This document shows, one piece after another, positions 8,983 through 19,240 of a stretch of DNA of 45,207 bases. The translations under genes were made by a program, and so were the position numbers. The stretch comes from Rhodospirillales bacterium (GTDB taxonomy: Bacteria > Pseudomonadota > Alphaproteobacteria > Rhodospirillales > Casp-alpha2): contig DASCOC010000043.1 of NCBI GenBank assembly GCA_036011805.1, positions 1-45,207 on the forward strand, in the 5' to 3' direction. Within the stretch, counting starts at the first letter, position 1; every line of letters begins with the position of its first letter. Below the pieces are notes generated by a model that was not told where the DNA came from, searched no databases, and saw only the letters and a list, made by a program, of their open reading frames with translations.

Positions 8983-9545
8983 TCCAGGGTATGGGTGCCT
9001 TCGGTGATCCCGACGGGCGAAGCAGGTGCGCCGGTTTCTCTCTGCGGCGTCGAGGGGGGGCTGGTGCGGTAACCGCTGGGGTAGCCGCCGGTGCCGTCCC
9101 AGGGAGGCCTATATGGCGGGCGGCTGCCGGAGCCGCGTCCCTGAAGCGGCCGCATCGACCGCTTGGAATCAATTGACGACCCGCCGAGGCGATTGATGAT
9201 CCCAATCACGGTTTGTACGCGCGGTCCTTTCTTTTTAGATTTCGGCACGCCGTCGGTAATTATGTTGATGGAGGAGTCGCCGAAACCCACCGGCTTGGGC
9301 GCGTCAGTCGAAGCGCCGAAATCACTTTCGCCTCCGCCATCGCTGCTGCCGCTGCTTCCGCCGCCGTCACTACCGCCACAATCATCGCAGGCCAGGGCGG
9401 GGCTGATGAAGACCGGGGCGGTGATGAAAATGGATATGGCTGCTAAGGCGCCGACGGTCAGGCCAATCGCTACAAAGGCAACGCGAACAACGCTTTTTAC
9501 CACGGCTAAGGATGAATGCTTATGGCCGCAAGAGTGCCTTTTCAT
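8787..9545 (-). CDS. Hypothetical membrane-anchored Gly/Ser/Pro-rich protein, probably the N-terminal part of the same split gene
   Basis: ATG 9545 follows a GGAGAG SD (the track start 9557 is TTG). There is one TM segment (VRVAFVAIGLTVGALAAISIFITAPVFI) followed by a GS- and P-rich linker. Coding-like GC3 is lost downstream of about 8965, where the tail becomes R/W/C-rich. Confidence 0.6.
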   Translation of the reverse strand: MKRHSCGHKHSSLAVVKSVVRVAFVAIGLTVGALAAISIFITAPVFISPALACDDCGGSDGGGSSGSSDGGGESDFGASTDAPKPVGFGDSSINIITDGVPKSKKKGPRVQTVIGIINRLGGSSIDSKRSMRPLQGRGSGSRPPYRPPWDGTGGYPSGYRTSPPSTPQRETGAPASPVGITEGTHTLECSGCIAWGGRISSPVFRRSRLNRRSFKSLQSQKSVPSGACPRLCSTRSWRWCKPWSTPCWGNRR

Positions 9546-9655
9546 CACGCTCTCCAAGAAAAGCCATTGGCGTCACTGTAGATCAAAATAGTCGATAAAT
9601 AAATGGCCGGCGCCTGGGGCGGGATTTCCAAGACGTTTGGCAATGGCCTGAAACC

Positions 9656-11053
9656 CTACAAAACCTTTCCGGGGTTCATGATTCCCTTGGGGTCGAGGGT
9701 TTGCTTCAGGGTTTGCATCAGTTCCAGTTCCACCGCCGAGGTATAGCGCTTGAGGTCGTCTTTTTTCAGCACCCCAATGCCGTGTTCGGCGCTGAAACTG
9801 CCGCCCAATTCGTCGACTAGGTCATGGACCAAACGGTTGATCCGTCCCCATTCCGCCAAAAAGGCTTCCCCGTCTTTGTCTTCCGGTTGGCTTAGGTTGA
9901 AGTGAATGTTGCCGTCGCCAAGGTGGCCGAAGGCGACCACCCGGATACCGGCGATTTCGGCCTCGACGATCTGTTGCGCACGGACGAGAAACGCCGGCAC
10001 CTTGGAGATCGGCACCGAAACATCGTGTTTTATGCTGGCGCCGGCGTTGACCTGGGCCTCGGGAATGGTTTCGCGAATATGCCAAAGTTCTGCCGCCTGG
10101 GCGCCGCTGGCGGCGATTACCGCGTCATCCACCAGACCGTCCTCCATGGCCCCGGCTAGAGTCTGCTCCAGGGCATCTTTGATGCCGTCCGGTCCCGAGA
10201 GTTCGATCAACGCATAACATTCGTGGGCCGCCTCAAATGGGTCTTTTAATCCGGGTATATGGGTGACGGCGATGTCCAGGCTCTGGTGGTTGATGTATTC
10301 AAACGCGGTCAGGGCGTCTCCCGTGAAGCGCCCGACGCGTTGGAAAAGCGCCAGCGCCTTGTCGGCATTGCCGAGGGCGGCCAGGGCGGTTTCACGGCAT
10401 TGCGGCAGCGGATACAGTTTCAGGACGGCGGCGGTAATGACGCCCAGCGTCCCCTCGGCGCCGATGAACAGGTGTTTGAGGTCATAGCCGGTGTTGTCCT
10501 TGCGCAGCGCCTTGAGGCCATCCCAGACACGGCCGTCGGGCAAGACGACCTCCAACCCCAATACCAAATCGCGGGCGTTGCCGTAGCGCAGCACCTGGAC
10601 CCCGCCGGCATTGGTGGAAAGGTTGCCGCCGATCTGGCAACTGCCCTCGGCGCCAAGGCTCAGGGGGAACAGCCGATCCTCGGCCTCGGCGGCGGCCTGG
10701 ACGTCGGCCAGGATGCAGCCGGCGTCCACGGTCATCGTATTGTTGGCCGCGTCAATGCCACGCACGGTGTTGAGTCTGGCCAACGACAGGGCGATGCCGC
10801 CTTCGGGCACGCCGCCGCCAACCAGCCCGGTGTTGCCGCCCTGGGGAACAACGGCGACCCCGGCGTCATGGCAGATGGACATGACTTGGGCGACCTCTTC
10901 GGTGGAAGCCGGGCTGACGACAAGGTCACATTGGCCGTGCCACAGGCCGCGCCGTTCGGTGACATGGGCCTCGATCCGGTCGTCATCGGTGGACCAGCCT
11001 TTTGGCCCGACGGCGTCCTTGATGGCGCTTGAAAAATTCTCAGTGATGGTCAT
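9656..11053 (-). CDS. FAD-linked oxidase (GlcD / D-2-hydroxyacid dehydrogenase family)
   Basis: 465 aa. It has the FAD_binding_4 motif VVPQGGNTGLVGG and the C-terminal motif FSAEHGIGVLK. Confidence 0.9.
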   Translation of the reverse strand: MTITENFSSAIKDAVGPKGWSTDDDRIEAHVTERRGLWHGQCDLVVSPASTEEVAQVMSICHDAGVAVVPQGGNTGLVGGGVPEGGIALSLARLNTVRGIDAANNTMTVDAGCILADVQAAAEAEDRLFPLSLGAEGSCQIGGNLSTNAGGVQVLRYGNARDLVLGLEVVLPDGRVWDGLKALRKDNTGYDLKHLFIGAEGTLGVITAAVLKLYPLPQCRETALAALGNADKALALFQRVGRFTGDALTAFEYINHQSLDIAVTHIPGLKDPFEAAHECYALIELSGPDGIKDALEQTLAGAMEDGLVDDAVIAASGAQAAELWHIRETIPEAQVNAGASIKHDVSVPISKVPAFLVRAQQIVEAEIAGIRVVAFGHLGDGNIHFNLSQPEDKDGEAFLAEWGRINRLVHDLVDELGGSFSAEHGIGVLKKDDLKRYTSAVELELMQTLKQTLDPKGIMNPGKVL

Positions 11054-11135
11054 ATTATTTCTTTATATATTGAAATTGCCGGCCAGCGTTCCAGAATATG
11101 GGTGCGAACCGAGACAAGAATAAAGGGCTTACCCT

Positions 11136-11816
11136 GTGGACGCTACTATCAGGAATTATATTGTCGCCGCCTTTATGGCAGCGGTATATTTTTTGCCGGG
11201 CTTGGCCCAGGCCACCGGGCAGGATAATTCCTGTCAGTTTACTATTAATATCCCAAATTTGAACGTCTATCCATTGAGTACCCGCCTCAAGGGTGACGAC
11301 GAAATCAACGGCAATTCGCGTATCGAGTTGGAGGCCTTGATCCAGCGCTCCGATGAGAAAAAAGGCCAGAAGACCAATGGTTTACGGCTTGATCTCGACG
11401 TTAAAATCGCCGAGTTCAAGGGTGATGGCACCACCTTCAAGGGGCATCAGGCCTTCTGGTTGTTGGACCCGTGGTTTGTCGGCGGCAATGCCGCGAAGGT
11501 TCGGGGCTGCCTTGACAATCTTTATAAGGAGTGCATCAAGGCCTTCGGCGCCGGGGCCATTTCCAAAGCCCACCTCAAGGCGCAATGCTCGCGGGCGGCG
11601 CAATGGCGAATTTCCGATTCATTCAAGGCCAACGCCGGCGACAACAATACAAAGTGGACCACCTATAAAAAGAAAAAAGCCAAGCTGGTGAATTCGGCCG
11701 AATGTCTTAGCGACACCGAGGGCAGGGAGACTGGAAAGCTCGGCTGCCGCAACATTACCTTTCGCCGGGATATCAAAATCAACTTGCTTTTTGGCCATGA
11801 CAGGTTGCGCCGATAG
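11136..11816 (+). CDS. Hypothetical secreted Cys-containing protein
   Basis: GTG start with an upstream AAGGG. The signal peptide ends LPGLAQA. I recognised no family motif. Confidence 0.55.
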   Translation: MDATIRNYIVAAFMAAVYFLPGLAQATGQDNSCQFTINIPNLNVYPLSTRLKGDDEINGNSRIELEALIQRSDEKKGQKTNGLRLDLDVKIAEFKGDGTTFKGHQAFWLLDPWFVGGNAAKVRGCLDNLYKECIKAFGAGAISKAHLKAQCSRAAQWRISDSFKANAGDNNTKWTTYKKKKAKLVNSAECLSDTEGRETGKLGCRNITFRRDIKINLLFGHDRLRR

Positions 11817-11946
11817 GCGGGGTGGCTTTTCGTCGAGGCTTTCCCGGCGCCGATTAAGTGTTATGGTCCTTCCCCGGCGTGTGACCGGTCCTTTCCGGGC
11901 GGCGCCAAGGTTGCCCTTTGTTAAAGGGAAAACGCGGAACCGCCCC

Positions 11947-13167
11947 ATGTTTGCATTAAGCGACCAACGCACCCGATTCCTATTCCTGAACGTCGGTCAT
12001 TTTGTCGATCACCTGTTCATGCTGATCTTCGCCAAGGCCGCTTTCAGTGCAGGCCTTTCCTTCGGCTTGGCCAGGGACGGGGCGTATACTGAAATGATTC
12101 CCTATGGCGTGCCGTCGTTGGTCTTGTTCGGTGCCTGCGCGCCTATTGCCGCGCATCTGGCCGACAAGTGGAATCGCAGGGGAATGATCGCCGTGTTCTT
12201 TATCGGCATCGGGCTGGCCTCCATCGCCACCAGTTTTGCCAGCAGCCCGCTTGGGATCGGTTTTGGTCTTGCCGGGATCGGCATGTTCGCCGCTATCTAC
12301 CACCCGATTGGCATTGCCATGGTTGTTGAAGGCGGCGGCAATGTCGGCTGGCGGCTTGGCGCCAATGGAGTGTGGGGCAATATGGGCGTGGCGGCGGCGC
12401 CGCTGATTACCGGGTTTATCCTCGCCGATTACGACTGGCGGCTGGCCTTCGCCATTCCTGGAGTCATTGCCATCCTCATCGGGTTCGGATTTGTTTACTT
12501 CAACCGGGCGGGCCGCATGAAGTCGCCGGAACCGTGCCCCCGCGAAAGGGCTATGGTCGGCTTCATGCCCGGCTGGAAACGGGCGCTGATGGCACTGGCT
12601 TTGGTGTCTTCCGCCGGCGGCTTCCTGTTCGGCGCCTTGACCTTCGTCATACCGCGTATGTTCGAAGTTTCGATGCTGAACGTCAGCGTCGACATCGCCG
12701 TGACCGGGGCGCTCGCAGCCATTGTCTATGCCGTTGCCGCATGGGCGCAACTCGCCGTCGGCCGTATTATCGATCGGCGTCCGATCAAGCCGGTGCTGTT
12801 GGTCGTTGCGATGGGACAGCCGGTAATGATCGGGGTGATGGCGACACAGAGCAATTACGGGCTTCTGGCTGCTTCGTTACTAGCCATGGCCTTCGTTTTC
12901 GGGCAAATCCCCATCACCGATGCCGTTATTTCTCGCTATGTACCGGATGTTTGGCGGACCAAGGTGATGTCGGTAAAATTCATGCTCAATTTGGTAATTG
13001 GGGCGCTGTCGCTGTTGACGGCGCGGGCGATCCTGGCGGCTGGCGGCGGCTTCGAGACGTTGATGATCGTGCTTGCTATCGTCGCCGTGCTGGTTTTCTT
13101 GTCCGCGTTGTTGCTTCCGGCTGAGGATAACGCCATGACCGAGGCCGCGCCTAGCCCGGCGGAATAA
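11947..13167 (+). CDS. MFS transporter
   Basis: I chose ATG 11947 (MFALSDQRTRFLFLNVGHF) over the track start 11791, whose extension is R-rich and overlaps the previous gene. The protein has about 12 TM segments. Confidence 0.85.
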   Translation: MFALSDQRTRFLFLNVGHFVDHLFMLIFAKAAFSAGLSFGLARDGAYTEMIPYGVPSLVLFGACAPIAAHLADKWNRRGMIAVFFIGIGLASIATSFASSPLGIGFGLAGIGMFAAIYHPIGIAMVVEGGGNVGWRLGANGVWGNMGVAAAPLITGFILADYDWRLAFAIPGVIAILIGFGFVYFNRAGRMKSPEPCPRERAMVGFMPGWKRALMALALVSSAGGFLFGALTFVIPRMFEVSMLNVSVDIAVTGALAAIVYAVAAWAQLAVGRIIDRRPIKPVLLVVAMGQPVMIGVMATQSNYGLLAASLLAMAFVFGQIPITDAVISRYVPDVWRTKVMSVKFMLNLVIGALSLLTARAILAAGGGFETLMIVLAIVAVLVFLSALLLPAEDNAMTEAAPSPAE

Positions 13168-13295
13168 GACCAGTAGTGTCGTTTGGCTTGCACTTTTGGG
13201 CTTGATTATGATTATGTCCGTTGATTGGTGCAGGGCGTTTCCCTGTAGGCATCCATCTTAAAATCTTGCCGAATTTGTGAACCAAAAAATTACTG

Positions 13296-14549
13296 ATGCG
13301 TATTGATTTTTTAAAACCCACCCCCCTGATGGTGGGGTTTCTGTGCGGACTCGCGATTCCCAGTCTCGTTTTTGGCAGGGCGGTGTTGGCCGTCCCCCTG
13401 ATGGTGGCGGTACTAATTTTGCCCCTGCTGCCGGAACGGGGCGCGTGCTGGCGGGCGATGATCGAACGGGCGGGTTCTCCCGTCGGCGTGCTTTTCCTGA
13501 TCGTGTTGGCTCTGTGGCTGCCCAGCATGTATTTCTCACCGCTACCCTTGCGGTCGTTTGAGGCGTGGGCCCGGGTCCCTATTTTCGTCGGCTTGATCAC
13601 GCTACTTTGGGCGCTGCTGTCACAGGATCGCGCGGTCCTGACGATGGCCCTCAAGACGGTCATTGTGGCCGGCGCCGTGAGCGTTGTGTTTGCCCTCAGT
13701 GCACTCACCTTCCTGCCCGATGTCCTGTCTTTTATCCGGGGGTCGGGCTGGTCCGCGACGCCTTATGAGGGGTTCCGGCCGCCGAATCTTCTCAAGGCGT
13801 ACGCAGGCGTGGGAATGTTGCTGGTGCCGGTGTTGGTGTGGGCCGGGCGCAGCCTTGGCGGGCGCTGGCAAATGCCGGCTTTGGCCACCGCCATCGGGCT
13901 CGTCGCCATTGTTTGGCTTACCTACAACCGTTCAGCTGTAGCAGGACTGTTTGCAATGTTGATCGTTGTCGGCGGTTTTGTGATTTACCTTAAAGGGCGG
14001 CCCATTCTCAACGTCATCATTCTAGCTGTTTTCGCCATTATAACTGTTGCCTTGATGTTGTGGCTGTATGAAAGGCGCTTTGATTATTTTGTCCCGGAAG
14101 GCGCCATCATCATCTTTCCGCCCTGGCTGATCGATTTTCAACGTCAAACGATCTGGGCGCATGCCATCGATATGGCGATGCGCTCACCTTGGTTCGGCAA
14201 CGGCATCAATGCGATCAATTTGCTGCCCGGGGCCGATATGCCGCTGCCTCGCACCAATCTCCACATCATCCCGTCACATCCGCATAACTGGCTGATTGAG
14301 GTTTTTGCCGAGACCGGCGCCATCGGCGCCCTGGCCCTCCTGACCCTGGTGGTCACGGTTTGCCTGAAACTGGCCGTCGGTTTTTTGAAAAGCGGTGATA
14401 CGGCGCTTTTCGCCGCATTGTTGGTCAACGTGGGATATTGGTCATCGGGACTGCTGAACGTCTCCTTCTGGTCGGCCTGGTGGCAGATCAGTTATTTGAT
14501 GTTGACGGCATTATGTTTGGCCGCGGCGCGATCGACGAACACGGATTAG
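13296..14549 (+). CDS. O-antigen ligase (Wzy_C) family membrane protein
   Basis: 417 aa and polytopic. It has NRSAVAG and SHPHNWLIEVFAETGAIGAL motifs typical of the O-antigen ligase domain. Confidence 0.85.
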   Translation: MRIDFLKPTPLMVGFLCGLAIPSLVFGRAVLAVPLMVAVLILPLLPERGACWRAMIERAGSPVGVLFLIVLALWLPSMYFSPLPLRSFEAWARVPIFVGLITLLWALLSQDRAVLTMALKTVIVAGAVSVVFALSALTFLPDVLSFIRGSGWSATPYEGFRPPNLLKAYAGVGMLLVPVLVWAGRSLGGRWQMPALATAIGLVAIVWLTYNRSAVAGLFAMLIVVGGFVIYLKGRPILNVIILAVFAIITVALMLWLYERRFDYFVPEGAIIIFPPWLIDFQRQTIWAHAIDMAMRSPWFGNGINAINLLPGADMPLPRTNLHIIPSHPHNWLIEVFAETGAIGALALLTLVVTVCLKLAVGFLKSGDTALFAALLVNVGYWSSGLLNVSFWSAWWQISYLMLTALCLAAARSTNTD

Positions 14550-15277
14550 TCGGGCAGCCAGAAGCTGTCTCCTTCCAGCGGTGTTTCGCTGGGCTTTAAG
14601 GTGTGCGCGTCAATAAAGGTTTCCTGGTGATAGCCCCACGATTGCAGAAGCGCCCATGCCTCTTCCAGGCTGTCGCCGGCGCGGGCCAGTTGCTGTCCGA
14701 CCAGTTCGATCATCATGGTGGGCCGGTATCGTTGGATGGTCTCGGCGCCGCCTAACAGAATCCTTAATTCCCAGCCCTCGACATCCATTTTGATGAAGTC
14801 CAGGCGTTTCAATCCTGCCTCGGCGGCGAAGTCGTCGATGGTGGTCAGCGCCACCTCTTCATGGTGACCGGCATCGTTATTCGCTTCATCCCCCAGGTGG
14901 GCGAGGCCGTATTTGAAGGTGCCATAAGATTTTATCGGGGTCGTCAATGTCAGCATTCCCGGCGCGTCCCCCAAACCCCGCGGGATCACTTCGATATTTT
15001 CAAAGCCGTTGATCTTGATGGCGAAGTTCAGAATTGATCGCGAATAGCCGCTCGGCTCAAACGAATAGACCCGGCCGCGTTTGGCGAGGCGGGCCAGCAA
15101 TTTTGCGTACTGGCCGGAATGGCCACCGATGTCGAATATCACGCTTTCTTCATCCAGCATCGGAGAGAAGATGGGATTCATCCATTTGTGGTGTTGCTTG
15201 AACGCCGCCTTGAAAGCGTGGGCGATGTAAGACCCCTTGGCCCGCCACGGAAGATCGCCGAACTTAAAATCGGTCAT
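14546..15277 (-). CDS. FkbM-family methyltransferase
   Basis: 243 aa with the SAM-binding motif VIFDIGGHSGQYA and FkbM-like layout. It is convergent with the ligase gene, overlapping by 4 nt. Confidence 0.85.
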   Translation of the reverse strand: MTDFKFGDLPWRAKGSYIAHAFKAAFKQHHKWMNPIFSPMLDEESVIFDIGGHSGQYAKLLARLAKRGRVYSFEPSGYSRSILNFAIKINGFENIEVIPRGLGDAPGMLTLTTPIKSYGTFKYGLAHLGDEANNDAGHHEEVALTTIDDFAAEAGLKRLDFIKMDVEGWELRILLGGAETIQRYRPTMMIELVGQQLARAGDSLEEAWALLQSWGYHQETFIDAHTLKPSETPLEGDSFWLPD

Positions 15278-15283
15278 ATTGAC

Positions 15284-16255
15284 CTAATCCTCCCTCTGGG
15301 CGGCGCGCCGCAGCCGGTCGTTGATGGCGCGGCCCAGGCCCTGGTCCGGCACCGCCATCACCGCGATGGCTTCAAACGGCGGCCCGTCCAATGTCCGGAT
15401 CATCGAAAATAAATTCGCCGCCGCCTCGCTCAGGTCCGCCGTCGGGCTCAGGTTGATGGCATCGTCGGGCGCTTTGGGGCCAAACCCTAATAACGCCTCG
15501 CCGGGCCGGGCATCGGTGGCGTCCAAGCGGATCGGCAGCGTCGGCGCATAATGACGTTCCAGCATGCCCGGTGATTTTGGCGCTTCAGCATTGGTTGCGG
15601 AAGGCGGGGCGAGGGGGCCGATCACCGCCTCGATGTCCTCGGAGGTGATGCCGCCGGGACGCAGCAAAACAGGGTCGCCGGCAGACAGGTCAATCACCGT
15701 CGATTCGACGCCGACGCTACAGGGGCCGCCGTCCAGAATCATCCCGGGTCCGCCGTTTTCCGCGCCGGGCAGGGAAAAGACCACATGCCCTGCCGCCGTC
15801 GGGCTGATGCATCCGGCCATGTTGGCGCTGGGCGCCGCCACCGGCACCCCGGCCTCGGCCAGCAGCGCTTGTGCCACGGGATGACCGGGAACCCGGACCG
15901 CCAGTGTCTCCAGCCCGGCGCTGACCAGTAGTGAGATTTGATCGTCCCGGCGTGGCAGCACCAACGTCAGGGGGCCGGGCCAGAAGGCGTCGGCCAGTTT
16001 TCGGGCGCTATCATCGAGGCGGACCGAAACCTCGGCGGCGGCGGTGTCCTTGACGTGGACGATCAGCGGATTGAACTGGGGCCGTTGCTTGGCCGCGAAC
16101 ACGCGGGCCACGGCCTCGCCGTTGGTGGCGTCCGCGCCGAGGCCATAAACGGTTTCGGTGGGAAAGGCGATCAGGCCGCCTTCGCGAAGATGCTTCGCCG
16201 CCGTGGCGATAGATTCGCTATCGGCAGGGACGATAGGGGCGCGATCCTCAGTCAC
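15284..16255 (-). CDS. tsaC: L-threonylcarbamoyladenylate synthase (Sua5/YwlC long form)
   Basis: GTG start. It has the FPTETVYGLGADA motif plus a C-terminal Sua5 domain. Confidence 0.9.
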   Translation of the reverse strand: MTEDRAPIVPADSESIATAAKHLREGGLIAFPTETVYGLGADATNGEAVARVFAAKQRPQFNPLIVHVKDTAAAEVSVRLDDSARKLADAFWPGPLTLVLPRRDDQISLLVSAGLETLAVRVPGHPVAQALLAEAGVPVAAPSANMAGCISPTAAGHVVFSLPGAENGGPGMILDGGPCSVGVESTVIDLSAGDPVLLRPGGITSEDIEAVIGPLAPPSATNAEAPKSPGMLERHYAPTLPIRLDATDARPGEALLGFGPKAPDDAINLSPTADLSEAAANLFSMIRTLDGPPFEAIAVMAVPDQGLGRAINDRLRRAAQRED

Positions 16256-16310
16256 GTTGCGGTTTTGGGTTCAACCCCCGGGGGGGTCACTGGGGGGTGT
16301 CCCCCCGTCA

Positions 16311-17105
16311 TCATGAATCCGGGGTCGCTTTGGCGACCCCCGGGCCGGTGACAAGAAAGTGGGGGTTTTCGAACCCCGGCTTGCCATACTGCAATTCGTT
16401 GCCATCCATATCGGTGACCTTGCCGCCGGCGAAATGGACGATGGCATGGCCGGCGGCGGTGTCCCATTCCATGGTTCGGCCGATGCGGGGATAAATGTCG
16501 GCCTGGCCCTCGGCGATGCGGCAGAATTTGATCGAACTGCCCGAGGTGGTTTCACCGGCGATATTATAATCGGCGAGGAAGGATTCCATATCGTCGCTCC
16601 GGTGCGACCGGCTGACCATGGCGGTCAGTCCGTTTGCCGGAGCCTCGCGGCAGGTGATGGTGCGTTCATCTTCGTCGCCGCTCTGGGTGAAGACGCCGAT
16701 CTGGGCGCCCCAATAGGTCAGCCCAAGTGCCGGCGCATGGATAACACCCAGCACTGGCTTGCCGGCATCAATGAGGGCGATGTTGACGGTGAATTCGCCG
16801 TTACGGTTGACGAATTCCTTGGTGCCGTCCAGCGGATCGACCAGCCAGAAGGGGGTGTCGGCAATATCGGGCGTGTGGCCGTCGGCGAAGGCTTCTTCGC
16901 TGACGATCGGGTATTTATCGGTAAGGCCCATGCGGATGGACCGGATAATTAGTTCTTCGGCGGTTTTGTCGGCTTTCGTGACCGGGGATTTATCTGCCTT
17001 TTCCTCGACCTGGAAATCGGTTTCGTAAATCTTCATGACTTCCTGGCCGGCCCGCTTGGTGATGTCGCCGACCTGGGTCAAAAGGTCCAATGAAATGTTG
17101 AGCAC
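16311..17105 (-). CDS. cysQ: 3'(2'),5'-bisphosphate nucleotidase CysQ
   Basis: GTG start. Inositol-monophosphatase-fold motifs WLVDPLDGTKEF and GSSIKFC are present. Confidence 0.85.
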   Translation of the reverse strand: MLNISLDLLTQVGDITKRAGQEVMKIYETDFQVEEKADKSPVTKADKTAEELIIRSIRMGLTDKYPIVSEEAFADGHTPDIADTPFWLVDPLDGTKEFVNRNGEFTVNIALIDAGKPVLGVIHAPALGLTYWGAQIGVFTQSGDEDERTITCREAPANGLTAMVSRSHRSDDMESFLADYNIAGETTSGSSIKFCRIAEGQADIYPRIGRTMEWDTAAGHAIVHFAGGKVTDMDGNELQYGKPGFENPHFLVTGPGVAKATPDS

Positions 17106-17172
17106 GCGTTTTTACCTCCATCCGACCCATCCCGGGTCCGGTCCGATGATTCTCACCGCCGGGGGCGGGATG

Positions 17173-17793
17173 TCAATTGCTCCAGATCGAAGCCGGATCG
17201 TCGAGCGTGTCCTGGGTTATCTCGTCCGCGGTGAAGCGCCAAGCTTTGAAATCGTCTGACCAGTGGTCCTTGGACATTCCGGCCTTGGCTTTCAGGTGTT
17301 CGACAAAGGTCTTGGTTTCCGGCAGTTGCGCCCAAACCGACGGCAGGAACAAGGCACGGCGCCCGCCGTCTTCGATGATCAGGCCGTCGATTTGGGGCCT
17401 AAGGGATTGCAGGAATTCCGCCTCGTCCGTAAACGACATCGGCGATTTCGGACTGAGCAGCGAGATCGACAGATGCAGGCCCTCGATCTCCACGGGCTTA
17501 AGGGCCGGAAAGCGGGGGTCCTTGAAGGCGGCGCGAAAGCCGTTTTCGGAGACATCGGCGATTAGCGGCCGGTAGGCCTCGGACGAACCGATGCATCCCC
17601 TCAGTTTTCCACCCCGTTTCAAGGTGACGAAACTGGCGCCGAGTTCCACCAGCTCGGGCGCATAGTCATCGGGGCTGACGGGTAACGGCTTGGCGTTCTT
17701 CAGGCCATTTTCAATGGATCTGGCGGACAGTTGCAGAAGCGTTTCCCCATGATCGTTGAGGATTGCCTGGGGCAGGTCGCCATTGTCAATCAT
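17173..17793 (-). CDS. amrA: AmmeMemoRadiSam system protein A (AMMECR1 domain)
   Basis: 206 aa with the LRGCIGS motif. Its start overlaps the amrB stop by 4 nt (ATGA). Confidence 0.9.
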   Translation of the reverse strand: MIDNGDLPQAILNDHGETLLQLSARSIENGLKNAKPLPVSPDDYAPELVELGASFVTLKRGGKLRGCIGSSEAYRPLIADVSENGFRAAFKDPRFPALKPVEIEGLHLSISLLSPKSPMSFTDEAEFLQSLRPQIDGLIIEDGGRRALFLPSVWAQLPETKTFVEHLKAKAGMSKDHWSDDFKAWRFTADEITQDTLDDPASIWSN

Positions 17794-18656
17794 TCCTGCG
17801 CCTCTTGGTTTTTGTCCCCGTCGCGGCTGTCGCCGTTATTATTTTCTTCGGGGGCCACCCCCGGGGCCTCTTGAAACATCCACGAGCCATATCCGACCAC
17901 CCGGTCCTTGGGGCCGGCAGTGTCGCCGGAATTGCGGAGATCGAGCGTCGTCACCGTCATTCCCCGCTGTTTGGCAACCTGCAACAACCCGCCGACGGAG
18001 TATCGCCCGCAAGCGCCGTGGCTGGAAATAGCTGACGGATTCAGGCCTTCGATGGCCTTGCAGGTGTCGTTATCCATGGCGCGCGCTTGGTCGTAATCAA
18101 GATAATGACTGAGGTCGGAACTGATGACGATCACCGTTTCTGCCCCGCCCCATAGCGCCTCAATGACGCCGGCGACATCACCGGGCGGCGCCTCGCCGAC
18201 GACCAGCGGCACCAGGGAGAATTCATCCAATACCACCTGCAGGAACGGCAGATGTACCTCCAGGCTATGTTCCTGGGCATGGGTGGCGTCGAAGATTTCG
18301 ACCTGAGGCAGTTTCAGGATTTCCTCGGCGGCGGCTTGGTCAATCGGGATATCGCCCAAGGGGGTACGGAATGCCTCGGCGCCGCTTAAGGCGAGGCCGC
18401 TGACGGCGACCCGATGGCATGGTCCCAACAGCACCACCCGTTTGATGACGGAGGCCATCGGTATCAATTGGGCGTAGGCGCTGGCGGCGATAGCGCCGGA
18501 ATAGATATAGCCTGCATGCGGCGCGATAATGGCTTTGGGGACGGGGCCCTGTCCCGCGTCCGCTGCGTCCAGAAAATTTTGGACCGTGGTGTCCAACTCT
18601 GCGGCGGTGCCGGGATAGAACTGGCCAGCCATGGCGGCATCTCTAATAAAAGTCAT
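17790..18656 (-). CDS. amrB: AmmeMemoRadiSam system protein B (MEMO1-like)
   Basis: 288 aa with AGQFYPG, IAPHAGYIYSG and SSDLSHY motifs. Confidence 0.9.
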   Translation of the reverse strand: MTFIRDAAMAGQFYPGTAAELDTTVQNFLDAADAGQGPVPKAIIAPHAGYIYSGAIAASAYAQLIPMASVIKRVVLLGPCHRVAVSGLALSGAEAFRTPLGDIPIDQAAAEEILKLPQVEIFDATHAQEHSLEVHLPFLQVVLDEFSLVPLVVGEAPPGDVAGVIEALWGGAETVIVISSDLSHYLDYDQARAMDNDTCKAIEGLNPSAISSHGACGRYSVGGLLQVAKQRGMTVTTLDLRNSGDTAGPKDRVVGYGSWMFQEAPGVAPEENNNGDSRDGDKNQEAQE

Positions 18657-18736
18657 AGCGCCCTCAAGATTGCAGATTGTTTAAGCAAACCCGCTTGATT
18701 AGCCTATCAGGAGACGCTACTGGACGGAATACTTCG

Positions 18737-19222
18737 ATGATTGAAATCCGCGCCGCCACCGCCGCCGATTGGCCGGGAATTTGGGAAATTTTCCATTTGG
18801 TTGTCGAAGCCGGGGATACGTATCCCTATGCGCCCGGCACCACCGAAGCCGACGCCAAGGCGCTGTGGATCGATTTGCCCCAAGCGACCTACGTCGGCAT
18901 TGATGGGGACGGCGTGCTCGGCACCTATTATCTGAAACCCAATCAGCCGACATTGGGCGCGCATGTCTGCAACGCCGGCTACATGGTGCACCCCTCAGCC
19001 CGGCGGCAGGGCGTCGGCCGCCAACTGTGCTCTCATTCTCTTGACGAGGCCCGCCGTCTGGGTTTTTCCGCCATGCAATATAATTTGGTCGTCACCGGAA
19101 ACGAGGGCGCGATACAGCTGTGGACGGAAATGGGGTTCGAGACCATCGGCACCCTGTCCGGCGCCTTTCGCCACGCCACCGAGGGCCTTGTCGATGCCCT
19201 GGTGATGTATCGGCGGCTATGA
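18737..19222 (+). CDS. GNAT-family N-acetyltransferase
   Basis: ATG 18737 begins MIEIRAATAADWPGIWEIF. The acetyl-CoA site is RRQGVGRQL. Confidence 0.8.
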   Translation: MIEIRAATAADWPGIWEIFHLVVEAGDTYPYAPGTTEADAKALWIDLPQATYVGIDGDGVLGTYYLKPNQPTLGAHVCNAGYMVHPSARRQGVGRQLCSHSLDEARRLGFSAMQYNLVVTGNEGAIQLWTEMGFETIGTLSGAFRHATEGLVDALVMYRRL

Positions 19223-19240
19223 TTTGGTTATAATCAGGCC

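Noticed and set aside
10259-11032. 257-aa ORF on the plus strand, and similar long shadow ORFs at 36268..36984, 39951..40664, 42994..43821, 11980..12750, 30237..30995, 33985..34602 and 8392..9072
   Set aside because: Each lies antisense to, or out of frame within, a gene with strong family evidence or better codon bias. I treat them as GC-rich shadow ORFs.
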